DNA from: Candidatus Eiseniibacteriota bacterium
GTDB taxonomy: Bacteria > Eisenbacteria > RBG-16-71-46
Direction: 5' to 3'
Assembly: GCA_963717935.1 (NCBI GenBank)
Contig: CAVQXP010000004.1
Coordinates: 672,001-736,000, forward strand
Length of the DNA stretch: 64,000 nucleotides
The notes beneath the pieces are model-generated. The model searched no databases and was not told the DNA's origin. It worked only from the letters and a program-made list of their open reading frames with translations. Positions 29,118 through 40,514 of this stretch are shown piece after piece (position 1 is the stretch's first letter; each line of letters starts with the position of its first letter). The position numbers and the translations under genes are program-made.

Positions 29118-30347
29118 ATGAATCCCCGAGAACCGAGGGTCCCCGACGTGTGGTCCATCATCGAAGACAAGGTCCGGCGCGCCGAGCGGCTGACGAGCGC
29201 CGAGGGTGTCTACCTGCTCACCGAGGCGCCGCTGCTCGAGTTGGGCGCGCTCGCTCACGAGGTGCGCTCGCGCAGGAACGACCCGCGCCTCGTCACCTAC
29301 GTCCTCGACACGAACCCCAACTACACGAACGTCTGCACGGTGGATTGCCACTTCTGCGCCTTCCACCGCAGACCCGGCGCGAACGCGCCGGACGCCTACG
29401 CTCACGATGTCGAAGGCGTGATGCGGATGATGGAGGCGGCCGACAGGATCGGCGCCACGACGGTGCTGCTGCAGGGCGGGCTCAACCCGGCGATCCCCTG
29501 GGAGTTCTATCCGACCATCGTGCGCGAGTCGCTGCGGCGCTGGCCGCACATCACGCCGCACTTCTTCTCGGCGCCCGAGATCCACCAGATGGCCGCGGTC
29601 TCGGGTCTCACGGTGCGCGGCGTGCTCGAAGCGCTCCACGCGGCGGGGCAGCGGACGCTTCCGGGCGGTGGCGCCGAGATCCTGGCGGAGCGCGTGCGGC
29701 AGCGTGTCTCGGTCAGGAAGGGCGGGCCCGAGACCTGGCTCGACGTGCACCGCGAGGCGCACCGGGTGGGCATGCGCTCCACCGCCACGATGATGTACGG
29801 GCACGTCGAGACCGACGCCGAGGTGGTCGAACACTTCGACCACCTCCGCGGCCTGCAGGACGAGACGAAGGGCTTCACGGCCTTCGTGCCCTGGTCCTAC
29901 AAGCGTGGCAACACCCCGATGGAGGCGAGGGTCCCGAGGGTGGCGGGCGCTTCGCGCTACCTGCGGATCCTCGCGTCCGCGCGGCTCTACCTCGACAACT
30001 TCGACCACATCCAGGCGTCGTGGTTCGGCGAGGGCAAGAAGACCGGGCAGATCGCGCTGCATTTCGGCGCCGACGACTTCGGCGGCACGCTTTTCGAGGA
30101 GTACGTCCATCTCGCCACCGGACACCTCAACAGGGTGACGCAGCCCGAGATCGAGACGCTCATCCGCGAGGCCGGCTTCACGCCGGCGCGGCGCACCACG
30201 CTCTACGAGATCCTGAGCGTGAGCGAGGGCCCGGCGGCGCTCGAGCTCCCGGGCGAAGACGTGCCGCTCTTCGTCGAGAACCTGCGCGAGCTGCCGGCCG
30301 AGTATCCCGCCGAGCTGGAAGGCGAGGAGCGCGCGGGCGGGGGCTGA
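29118..30347 (+). CDS. mqnC: cyclic dehypoxanthinyl futalosine synthase MqnC (radical SAM)
   Basis: VTYVLDTNPNYTNVCTVDCHFCAF, LLQGGLNP, STATMMYGHVE, GFTAFVPW, HIQASW, GADDFGG; TCGACG-N17-TAGACT promoter at 29063-29091. Confidence 0.88.
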   Translation: MNPREPRVPDVWSIIEDKVRRAERLTSAEGVYLLTEAPLLELGALAHEVRSRRNDPRLVTYVLDTNPNYTNVCTVDCHFCAFHRRPGANAPDAYAHDVEGVMRMMEAADRIGATTVLLQGGLNPAIPWEFYPTIVRESLRRWPHITPHFFSAPEIHQMAAVSGLTVRGVLEALHAAGQRTLPGGGAEILAERVRQRVSVRKGGPETWLDVHREAHRVGMRSTATMMYGHVETDAEVVEHFDHLRGLQDETKGFTAFVPWSYKRGNTPMEARVPRVAGASRYLRILASARLYLDNFDHIQASWFGEGKKTGQIALHFGADDFGGTLFEEYVHLATGHLNRVTQPEIETLIREAGFTPARRTTLYEILSVSEGPAALELPGEDVPLFVENLRELPAEYPAELEGEERAGGG

Positions 30348-30432
30348 CCCTCTCCGAGCGCACGCTTCGAGCCCCCGCTGGCACACCGCTTCCCCTCATC
30401 GTAGTCTCTCCGTCCTCACATGGAGGACTGTC

Positions 30433-32366
<1,934 letters not shown>

Positions 32367-32370
<4 letters not shown>

Positions 32371-33938
32371 CGGCTCCGCGCTGGATCTCGGCCGCGATCG
32401 TCCTCGGCGTCCTCGCCACGATCGCCTGCTGGCTGGTGTGGTCGCCGCTCGGGGCGAACGACCTGGTCGGCGGCGACGAGGGCTACTACGGGACGATGGC
32501 GCGGAACATCGTCGCCTCACCGCGCCAGCTCGTCAGCCCCTCGCTCAGTCCGCTCGGGCCGCCGGGCGACAAGCCGCCGCTCTACCCCGCGCTGCTCGCG
32601 CTCTCGGTGCGGGCGTTCGGGCCCACCGAGAGCGCGCTGCGCTGGCTCTCGATCCTCGCGGCGGCGTGCATCGCGCTCTGCGTGGCGGGGCTGGTCCGTC
32701 GTGCCACGGGTCCGTGGGCGGCCGCCGCGGCCGCGGCGTTCCTCGTCTGCCTGCCCTATTTCGCCAGCGGCTCGCGCGTGGTCGCGGCGGAGCTCCCGCT
32801 GACCGCGCTGGGGAGCGCGGGGCTGCTCTGCGCGAGCGGCGGCGTGTCCTCGAAGTGGCGCGGCTTCGTCGCCGGCGCCCTGCTGGGTGCGGCGTTCCTG
32901 TGCAAGCTGTGGCTGGTCGCCCTCATCGGCCTGCCGGTGCTGAGCCTCTTCTGGCCCCTGCGGCGTGAGCGCGCGGCGGCCCTCGCCGTGCTGATCGTGA
33001 CGGCGGCCGCCGTCGCCTCGCTGCAGTTGGTCGCGGTGACGCTCTTCGATCCGCAGTCGCTCGGGCACTGGTGGGCGATCTACCTGAACCGCTCGCTGGC
33101 CGAGCGCGCAGGCGGCGCCGGCTACGCGGCCTACTGGCTCAAGCCGCCGGCGTACTACGCGGCGCTGCTGGCGCATGCGTTCATCCTGCTGCTGCCGCTC
33201 ATCGCCGTGGGGGTCGGGGCGGCGCTGCACCGCTTCCGCGAGCCCGTGCCCCGGGCGCTCCTGCTGTGGGCCGCCGGCACCATCGTGCTCTCGCTCTTCG
33301 CGGTGAAGTCCTACAACTACGCCTACGTCGTGGTTCCCGCGTGGGCGGGATTGGCGGCGCTCGGCGCCCACACGCTCGCGGGGTGGTCGCCGAGGTGGTC
33401 GGCCGGCGTGGCGATCGCGCTCGCCGTGGCGGCCAGCGCGCTGGGTCTCGCGCGCGTGGCGCAGCGGCTCCCGTTCCGCTACCACGTGCCGGGTTACCGC
33501 GCCATGGCGGAGACGGTGGCGCCCCTGCTCGCGGACGTGCCGCCCGCCCGTGCCTGCTTCGTCGGGGCCGAGGCGCCGGCACTCTCCTTCTATCTCTTCC
33601 GCACCGGCTCCTACTGGGGGACCCCGTACACGCCGTGGACGGACGCGCGGCGCCGCGAGGTGCAGGCCGACACCGCGCTCAAGGTCTTCGTCGTGGATCC
33701 GCAACAGGAGCTCTACGGTGGCTGGCCGGACTCGATGACGGTCGCGTGGCTCGAGTCCTCGGCCACCGAGGTCACCGCGGCGATCGCCGAACGCGCGGGC
33801 CGCCCACTGACGCTGAGAGTGTTCGTGCGTGGCGCGGCGGACCCACGGTCCGACTGCTCGCCCGGAGGAAACGCGGGCGCTAGCGCGCCACCGCCAGCCG
33901 CGCCAGGGGCGGCTTCAGCTCGAGCCAGATCACGCTGA
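32367..33938 (+). CDS. ArnT/PMT-like (GT-C) integral membrane glycosyltransferase
   Basis: DEGYYGTMARNI, DKPPLYPALLALS..FG.TESALR, multiple TM helices; ATGA overlap with the upstream gene. Confidence 0.82.
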
Positions 33939-35649
33939 ACCCGTCCGACGTGCGCCACACGCGCGCGCGCCGGACGTTCCACTCGGGCCGGTCCGGGGCC
34001 TCGGCCGGGGCGGCCACGGCCTCGCGCCACTCGGGCCAGGCGCTCGCGGGGTCGCGGAAGACGAGCAGCACGTGGCGGAACTCGAGCCGCCGCCGGCATC
34101 CCTCGAGGTCCGCGGGCGAGAGCGCCAGGTGCAGCACCGGCCGGCGCGCGTGCCAGGCCAGCATGGGACCGAGGTTGCTCATCACCACCTCGCCCGCCGG
34201 GATCTCGCGGTTCATCAGCACCGTGACCTGGAGCAGGCTGAGCACGCTCGGCACGCCACGCTCGGCCGAGGCGACGCGCGCCTCGGCGTTGCCGCGCGCG
34301 GTCTGGAACGCACCCCAGCCGAGCGCCAGCAGGCCGGCCGAGGTGTAGAGCACCCGCCGCAGCCGTGGACGCGGCGCGAGGTCCGCAGCCTGCGCGATGA
34401 CGGCCCACAGCGCCAGGAGGCCGGCCGCTTCGAGCAGGACGCGCGCGGGGAAGACGAACCGGAGCCACGGGATGCTCACCGCCGCCGTGAGCACGCCGAG
34501 CGCGAGGGCGGCGAGCACGGAGAGCGCCGCCACCGCCGGCGGACGGAGATCGGGCGCGTGGAGGGACTCCGGGGGGCTCGAGCCCTCCGGAGCCGACCAC
34601 GGTCGCGCGCTCACGAGCCAGAGCGCGATCGCGCCCAGCCACAGGGCCCGCGGTCCGGTGAAGACGTCGAGCAGCAGCCGCGGAAGGTTCGCCGCGATCT
34701 TGGTCGCGAGGAGCCGTGCGGCCTCGAGGCCCGCCGGCAGCACCGGCATCTCCGGCAGGTGGTAGAGCGAGAACCAGGTGCGGCCCTGCACGCCGTCCCA
34801 CACCACGAACCGCGTCAGATCCCAGGCAGGCGAGCCGAACTCGCGCCACTTGTAGAGCCACCACGGGGTGAGAGGCGCGGCGTAGCCGAGCAGCACGAGC
34901 CCGAGTGCGCGCAGGCGGCGTCCGCGCGGAGCGAGCAGCATCGTGCCCAGTGCCAGCACGGGTGCCAGCCACAGCATGTTCGCGCGCAGCGCGCCGGTCA
35001 CGGCCAGGAGGAACCCGAAGAGCAGCGGCCGGCGGGGCGCCTGGCCGAGCGCCAGGGCCGCCAGCGCGAGCAGGAGGCCGAGCGTGAAGGGCAGTTCGGT
35101 GAAGCCCCCGGCCGCGAAGTGCTGGGCCTCGGGGTCGAGGTAGAACGCGAGCCCCACCGTGAACGCGGCCGCGAGACGCCGTCCCTCGGGCAGTCGCGGC
35201 GCGTACCGGTACAGCAGGCGCGAGACGACCACCGCCAGCAGGAGCCCGATCAGGATGTAGCAGCAGAAGGGCAGGACGAGCGCGAGCCATTCGCGCTGGT
35301 CGGGCCGCGAGAGGTAGAAGAAGGTCGTGCCGCCCAGCCCGATCGCCGTCGGGGTCACGTGAAAGAGCGCGGCCTCGGCCAGCACGAGCCCGGGCTGGAC
35401 GACGGCCAGCGGCCACGGGGGCGTGGCGTGGCGGGTAAGCTCGAGCGGCAGGGCGAAGGTGGTGGCGAGCCGGCCGTGCACGGCGAGCTCGCGCGCGGCG
35501 AGGGCGTACTGCGCCGAGTCGTAGTTGAGCACCGGCGAGCGCCCGCCCAGGCCCCAGGCGTCGGCGTGCAGCATCCAGAGCAGGCACCCAGCCAGCGGCA
35601 GGGCAAAGGCCAGGAATAAGGCGGCGAGTGACGTCCGTGTCCCGCTCAC
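33880..35649 (-). CDS. polytopic membrane protein, probable GT-C glycosyltransferase
   Basis: YDSAQYALAARELA after TM1, FTELPF, PWWLYKWREFGSP, many TM helices and a soluble C-terminal domain. Confidence 0.62.
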   Translation of the reverse strand: MSGTRTSLAALFLAFALPLAGCLLWMLHADAWGLGGRSPVLNYDSAQYALAARELAVHGRLATTFALPLELTRHATPPWPLAVVQPGLVLAEAALFHVTPTAIGLGGTTFFYLSRPDQREWLALVLPFCCYILIGLLLAVVVSRLLYRYAPRLPEGRRLAAAFTVGLAFYLDPEAQHFAAGGFTELPFTLGLLLALAALALGQAPRRPLLFGFLLAVTGALRANMLWLAPVLALGTMLLAPRGRRLRALGLVLLGYAAPLTPWWLYKWREFGSPAWDLTRFVVWDGVQGRTWFSLYHLPEMPVLPAGLEAARLLATKIAANLPRLLLDVFTGPRALWLGAIALWLVSARPWSAPEGSSPPESLHAPDLRPPAVAALSVLAALALGVLTAAVSIPWLRFVFPARVLLEAAGLLALWAVIAQAADLAPRPRLRRVLYTSAGLLALGWGAFQTARGNAEARVASAERGVPSVLSLLQVTVLMNREIPAGEVVMSNLGPMLAWHARRPVLHLALSPADLEGCRRRLEFRHVLLVFRDPASAWPEWREAVAAPAEAPDRPEWNVRRARVWRTSDGFSVIWLELKPPLARLAVAR

Positions 35650-35768
35650 GGCGCGCAGGATAGCCGCTGCGCTCGGGCCCGACAACCGCCGGCCGGGGCG
35701 CCGTTGGTCCGGTGGGGCATGCGGGAGTACGTTCCCGTCCGGTTCCGCACACCGGAGGGTTCCTCGCG

Positions 35769-36434
35769 ATGGCCGTTTCGCTCGACAAGTTCGTCCACCA
35801 GTACCTGCCTGCCCCGCATGGCGGGGACGCCCTGACCTTCTTGCTGCTCCACGGGACGGGGGGCGACGAGCACGACCTGCTCCACCTGGGCCCCGCGCTG
35901 GACGAGGGCGCGGGTCTGCTCGCCCCGCGCGCGGGGAGCCTTGCGGGGCCGGGTCCGAACTTCCTGCAGATCCTCGCCGCAGGAGCGCTCGACCTCGACG
36001 ACCTGCACGCGCGCACCTACGAACTGGCCGACTGGGTGCGGGTGGCCGCGGTGGCCCACGGTTTCGATGCCAGGCGCGTCGTGGCGGTGGGCCACGCGAG
36101 CGGCGCCGACATGGCGGCGAGCCTGCTGCTGCTCGAGCCCAGGCTGCTCGCGGGCGCGGTGCTGTTCCGCCCGTCGCTGCCGCTCGAGCCGGAGCGCAAG
36201 CCGCACCTGCACGGCGTGGCGGTCTTCGTCGCCGCGGGGCGCGCGGACGGCAGCATGTCGCCCGAGCGGCTCGAGGGGCTCACCTACCAGCTGCGTCGCG
36301 GCGGCGCGGACGTCACCCTGCACTGGGACAACGCGGGCCACGAACTCGATTCGCGCGAGATCGCCGCGGCGCGCGAATGGCTGCGCCGCCGCCACCTCGC
36401 AAGCGGCCTGAAGGTGCACGACCCGCCGCTGTGA
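35769..36434 (+). CDS. alpha/beta hydrolase, MhqD/phospholipase-carboxylesterase-like (nucleophile altered)
   Basis: LLLHGTGGDEHDLL, GAVLFRP, GRAD, AGHEL; GGAGG RBS; elbow reads GHASGA. Confidence 0.82.
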   Translation: MAVSLDKFVHQYLPAPHGGDALTFLLLHGTGGDEHDLLHLGPALDEGAGLLAPRAGSLAGPGPNFLQILAAGALDLDDLHARTYELADWVRVAAVAHGFDARRVVAVGHASGADMAASLLLLEPRLLAGAVLFRPSLPLEPERKPHLHGVAVFVAAGRADGSMSPERLEGLTYQLRRGGADVTLHWDNAGHELDSREIAAAREWLRRRHLASGLKVHDPPL

Positions 36435-36550
36435 GGGCGGCGCAGGTTCCGGGGAATCCCCGGGGCCCGCGCCACCGACTCTTCGCGTCCTCTGCCTGCC
36501 AGCTCCTCAAGCCGTTGCCGTTAAATGACTTGGACGGCGCTCCGAAACCC

Positions 36551-36578
36551 TCAAGCTCTCCCTCGAGACGGTCGATAA
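36551..36578 (+). promoter_or_regulatory. sigma28 (FliA/WhiG)-like promoter of the minor-pilin operon
   Basis: TCAAG-N15-GTCGATAA, close to the TAAAG..GCCGATAA consensus, about 80 nt upstream of the first pilin ATG. Confidence 0.5.
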
Positions 36579-36656
36579 CCCTTATCGGATGAGCCTGTCT
36601 CCCGGGCGCATCGGGTGCAGCATTGCCACGTCTCTCTCGAGGGAACCTCGGACGCC

Positions 36657-37100
36657 ATGCGGAGTCCTGCCGAGCGCGGTTTCAGCCTGGTCGAACTGGC
36701 CATCGTGTTGGTGGTGCTGGGCCTTCTTCTCGGCTTCAGCATCCCGAACTTCCAGAGTCTCTCCTCCACCCACCAGCTGCGCGGAGCGACCGAGAACATC
36801 GCCGGCCAGCTGCGGCTGGCCCGCGAGAAGGCCATCGGCACGGGCATCGCCCAGCCGGTCAGCTTCAAGTACAACTACCTCGGCCAGTCGGACTACCGCA
36901 CGACGCCCGCGAGCGGCGTCGGTGGCTCCTGGCGGCTGCCGCGCGGGATCACCTACGCGTGGGGGGCCGGCACCGACAGCACCTACACCCTCCAGACCGA
37001 CGGTCGCAGCGACCGGTCGGGCCTGATCATCCTGCAGAACCAGCGCGGGAATCGCGACACCGTGAGCGTGCAACTTTCCGGCCTCATCCTCATCAGGTAG
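36657..37100 (+). CDS. type IV minor pilin / pseudopilin, FimT/GspH-like
   Basis: Prepilin site RG|FSLVEL, hydrophobic helix, LRLAREKAI (GspH/FimT motif). Confidence 0.87.
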   Translation: MRSPAERGFSLVELAIVLVVLGLLLGFSIPNFQSLSSTHQLRGATENIAGQLRLAREKAIGTGIAQPVSFKYNYLGQSDYRTTPASGVGGSWRLPRGITYAWGAGTDSTYTLQTDGRSDRSGLIILQNQRGNRDTVSVQLSGLILIR

Positions 37101-37107
37101 GCAGACC

Positions 37108-37515
37108 ATGCGCAACCCCGGTCCAATCGCCATCCGAGACGAACGCGGGTCCACGCTCATCGAGTTGATGATCGCGCTCGTGATGCTCACCATCGGCATC
37201 CTTGCCGTCGGCCAACTGTTCCCCGCGGGTTCGCGCAGCCAGCTCCAGGCGCGCATGACCACGGCGGCGAACTACTACGTACAGGAGAAGTTCGAGCAGC
37301 TCGCCGGCGTCTCGTGGACGGACGCGAGCCTCTCCGACGGTCGCCACCCGGCCAGCGATTTCGAAACTCTGGGCAGCGCGGGCCAGTGGCATCGCTTCTA
37401 CGAGGTCAGCACCATGGCCTCGCCGCTGGACAACCTCAAGAAGGTCACGGTCACCGTGGAGTGGGCCTATCTCGGGAACCGCTCGGTGACGTCCACCACC
37501 TATGTGAGGCGCTGA
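37108..37515 (+). CDS. type IV minor pilin, PilV-like
   Basis: RG|STLIELMIALVMLTIGILAV, QEKFEQL, KKVTVTVEW. Confidence 0.85.
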   Translation: MRNPGPIAIRDERGSTLIELMIALVMLTIGILAVGQLFPAGSRSQLQARMTTAANYYVQEKFEQLAGVSWTDASLSDGRHPASDFETLGSAGQWHRFYEVSTMASPLDNLKKVTVTVEWAYLGNRSVTSTTYVRR

Positions 37516-37517
37516 AC

Positions 37518-40505
37518 ATGACGTCCCGATCCCTGCTTTCGGCGCAGCGCAGGTCGCGCGGCTTCACGCTCATTGAGTTGATGATTACGGTGATGCTGCT
37601 GGCCGTGGTCATCATCACCCTGACCACGGTGATGTACTCCGCCTCGCGCAGCAAGACCCTGAGCGCGAACAACATCGAAGCCTCCCAGGCCGGCCGCGTG
37701 GCGCTCGACATGCTCGCCCGTGACCTGCGTTCGGCGGGCTACGGGGCCGACCTCGATTACGCGGCCAGGCCGCAGACTCCGATCGCCTACATCGACTCGA
37801 TGCAGGTGCTCATCAACGAGAACCTGCAGCCCTATCCCGACACGACCGGTGGCGGCCACGTCTCGCCGCTGGCCTACGACCCGAGCGGGAGCGGGCAACC
37901 CCGGCCCCTCGTCGCGACCGAGTGGACCCCGCCCATCCGCTACCGGACCGGGGCGGAGATCGTCCGCTGGACGCTCGACCTCGACAACGACGGGCAGGTG
38001 AACGCCGCGGACCAGGGCGACGTGAACGCCCTGGACGCCCAGCGCACGCCCAATCCCGACGATTTCGAGCTCGTCCGCCAGGTCTACGGAGACAGCACCA
38101 GCAACACCGCCGGCAACAACGGGCCCGTGACGCAGCGTGTCGCTCTCGTGCGCCGGCCGGGCAGCGGCGTGCCGCCCCTGTTCTCCGTCTACATGAAGGG
38201 CAGCACCACGCCCTGGGACTGGTCGAGCGGACCCGTCCCCGCCACGCAACTCGGCGACATCGAGCGCGTCGCCATCCAGATCACCGCCCCGAGCGGCAAG
38301 CGGGACTGGCGCGGCCAGTATGCGGAGAGCCATTTCAGCACCGAAGTGAACTCGATGCGGAACACGCCGCAGGCCAGCGCCGACGAGTACCGCGTGGACG
38401 GGTACGTCTTCAACGACAGCATCGTCGTCAACCGGATCCGCGATCCCGGCGAGGTCGGTCTCGCTGGGGCCACCCTCCAGCTCGGCCTGCTCACCACCAT
38501 TTCAACGGCCACCGGGTACTTCAGCTTCAATGTCCCGGCGGGGACGTACCAGCTCAAGCAGATCACCCCCCCGGCCGGCTACGTCAACACCAGCGTCCCC
38601 GAGAGTCTCGCGGTCACGGTCCCCCCGGCGGCCTCCCGCTCGTTCCCGGATGCCGCGCTCCCGGGTGGGCGCATCGCCGTCTTCGTCTACGAGGATCTCA
38701 ACAACAACGGCGTCTTCGATACCGGCGAGCTGGGCGTGCAGTATGTCCGGGTCACGGTGCAGCCCACCGGCGTCTCGGCCTACACGGACGCCTCGGGCAA
38801 CCTCGCCTCCTCGCTGTTCGCGCCCGTGGGGACCTGCTCGCTGAGCGTGACGCCGCCCGATTCCTTCATCGTGACCACGACGAATCCCATCGTGCTGACC
38901 ATCGCCGATCACGACAACCTCTCCCAGACGTTCGGGATCTACAAGCCGGCGAGCGGGACCGTCACGGGCACGGTCTTCCGCGACACCGACCGGGACGGCG
39001 TGCTCGATACCGGCGAGCTGGGCATCCAGAACGTCTGGGTGGGGATCACGACCGACGGCGGTTACACGGTGCAGGGGTTTGCGTGGACCGACGTGAACGG
39101 CCTCTACTCGATCACCGTGCCGGCCAACGACCCGCCGCGCACGACGCCCTACAGCACCATGATCATCCCGCCGGCCGGCTTCTTCCCGACGAGCAGCACG
39201 TCGATCAACGGGATCTACCTGCAGGTTGGACAGACCCTCAGCAGCCAGAACTTCGGCGTGGCCTCCTTCACGGTCATCAATCTCGAGGCCAACCGCGTGC
39301 TGTGCCTGAAGAGCGGCGACCTGGCCGAGAAGGACTGGAACGGGAACCACACCGAGAACGCCCACGGGGACGCGGACCTCATCCTCGGCTCGGACACCGG
39401 CGGGAGCGACCAGATCTCGGTCTGGTTCAACCAGTACAGCAGCACCCCGCTCTTCGATGAGGAGCCCGACTACACCCGGAGCGCGCCGGGCGCGGTCGTC
39501 TCCATGTCCCTCGATTTCTTCAACACCGATTCTCCGTTGAACCGCCCCGACCTGGTGACCGGATGCAAGACCGCCACGGCGGGGAACTTCTTCGTCTGGT
39601 GGTGCCAGAACACGAGCGGCAACGAGGGCTACTTCCGGACGGCCTACAGTCTGGCCTACCGGACGACCGACAACGGCGACGTGCAGGCCCAGGTGAGCCT
39701 GGACTGCGCCGGTGGCGCGGGCGCCGACAAGCCGGACATCGTCGTGGGTACCAAGTCGCCCACCGCCTACCAGGGCAGCGTGGAGCTCTGGACGAACAGC
39801 AACGCCACGAGCCCGACCTTCTCGCGCACCGAGACCTATCCGACCTCCGGCGGGTTCACGGCCGGCTCGCTCGGCGAGGTGACTTCCATGGTCCTCGGCG
39901 ACTTCAATGGCGACGGCTTGCAGGACCTCGCGGTGGGCACGCGCACGGCCATCGGCGGGCAGGTCTGCTTCCTGCGGAACATGGGCAAGACCGCCAGCCC
40001 GCACTTCCTGTTGCAGGCGACCACCACGCTGATCGGGGAGGCCGTGACCGCGCTGGCCGCGCTGGACGTGGACGGCGACGGCCTGATCGACGTAGTCGCG
40101 GGCACGCAGACCATCGCGGCCGGCGGCCGGCTGCTCTTCCTGAGGAACCGGACCGGCGGCTGGACCTTCGACCTCGCGAAGGCCGTGGCGGCTCCCGGCG
40201 TCGTCACCTCGATGGTCGCCGCCGATTTCGGCGGCTCCACGCGCGGCGATCTGGCCATCGGCTGGCGCCAGGGCATCACGGATTACGTGGGAGGCGTGAA
40301 GATCTACTACCTGGACGCCGGCACCATCCCGCCGAACGGCGTGGATCCGTCGGCCGGGACGCTCGTGAACTGGGTGCCCGCCGTCAACTCGAACAACTTC
40401 AACTACGGCACGAACCCGGTCGCCGTCGCGCCCTTCCTCAAGGATCTCGCAGTCGGCGTCAAGGTCTCGGCCACGACGGGCGCCGTGGTGGTCTTCGTCC
40501 GATAG
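37518..40505 (+). CDS. giant PilW-like prepilin with SdrD-B-like repeats and FG-GAP/VCBS repeats
   Basis: RG|FTLIEL, ALDMLARDLRSAGY (PilW); three G.VF.D.N.NG..D.GE.G repeats; GDFNGDGLQDLAVG, DVDGDGLIDVVAG, ADFGG..GDLAIG. Confidence 0.85.
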   Translation: MTSRSLLSAQRRSRGFTLIELMITVMLLAVVIITLTTVMYSASRSKTLSANNIEASQAGRVALDMLARDLRSAGYGADLDYAARPQTPIAYIDSMQVLINENLQPYPDTTGGGHVSPLAYDPSGSGQPRPLVATEWTPPIRYRTGAEIVRWTLDLDNDGQVNAADQGDVNALDAQRTPNPDDFELVRQVYGDSTSNTAGNNGPVTQRVALVRRPGSGVPPLFSVYMKGSTTPWDWSSGPVPATQLGDIERVAIQITAPSGKRDWRGQYAESHFSTEVNSMRNTPQASADEYRVDGYVFNDSIVVNRIRDPGEVGLAGATLQLGLLTTISTATGYFSFNVPAGTYQLKQITPPAGYVNTSVPESLAVTVPPAASRSFPDAALPGGRIAVFVYEDLNNNGVFDTGELGVQYVRVTVQPTGVSAYTDASGNLASSLFAPVGTCSLSVTPPDSFIVTTTNPIVLTIADHDNLSQTFGIYKPASGTVTGTVFRDTDRDGVLDTGELGIQNVWVGITTDGGYTVQGFAWTDVNGLYSITVPANDPPRTTPYSTMIIPPAGFFPTSSTSINGIYLQVGQTLSSQNFGVASFTVINLEANRVLCLKSGDLAEKDWNGNHTENAHGDADLILGSDTGGSDQISVWFNQYSSTPLFDEEPDYTRSAPGAVVSMSLDFFNTDSPLNRPDLVTGCKTATAGNFFVWWCQNTSGNEGYFRTAYSLAYRTTDNGDVQAQVSLDCAGGAGADKPDIVVGTKSPTAYQGSVELWTNSNATSPTFSRTETYPTSGGFTAGSLGEVTSMVLGDFNGDGLQDLAVGTRTAIGGQVCFLRNMGKTASPHFLLQATTTLIGEAVTALAALDVDGDGLIDVVAGTQTIAAGGRLLFLRNRTGGWTFDLAKAVAAPGVVTSMVAADFGGSTRGDLAIGWRQGITDYVGGVKIYYLDAGTIPPNGVDPSAGTLVNWVPAVNSNNFNYGTNPVAVAPFLKDLAVGVKVSATTGAVVVFVR

Positions 40506-40514
40506 GAGGTCTCT

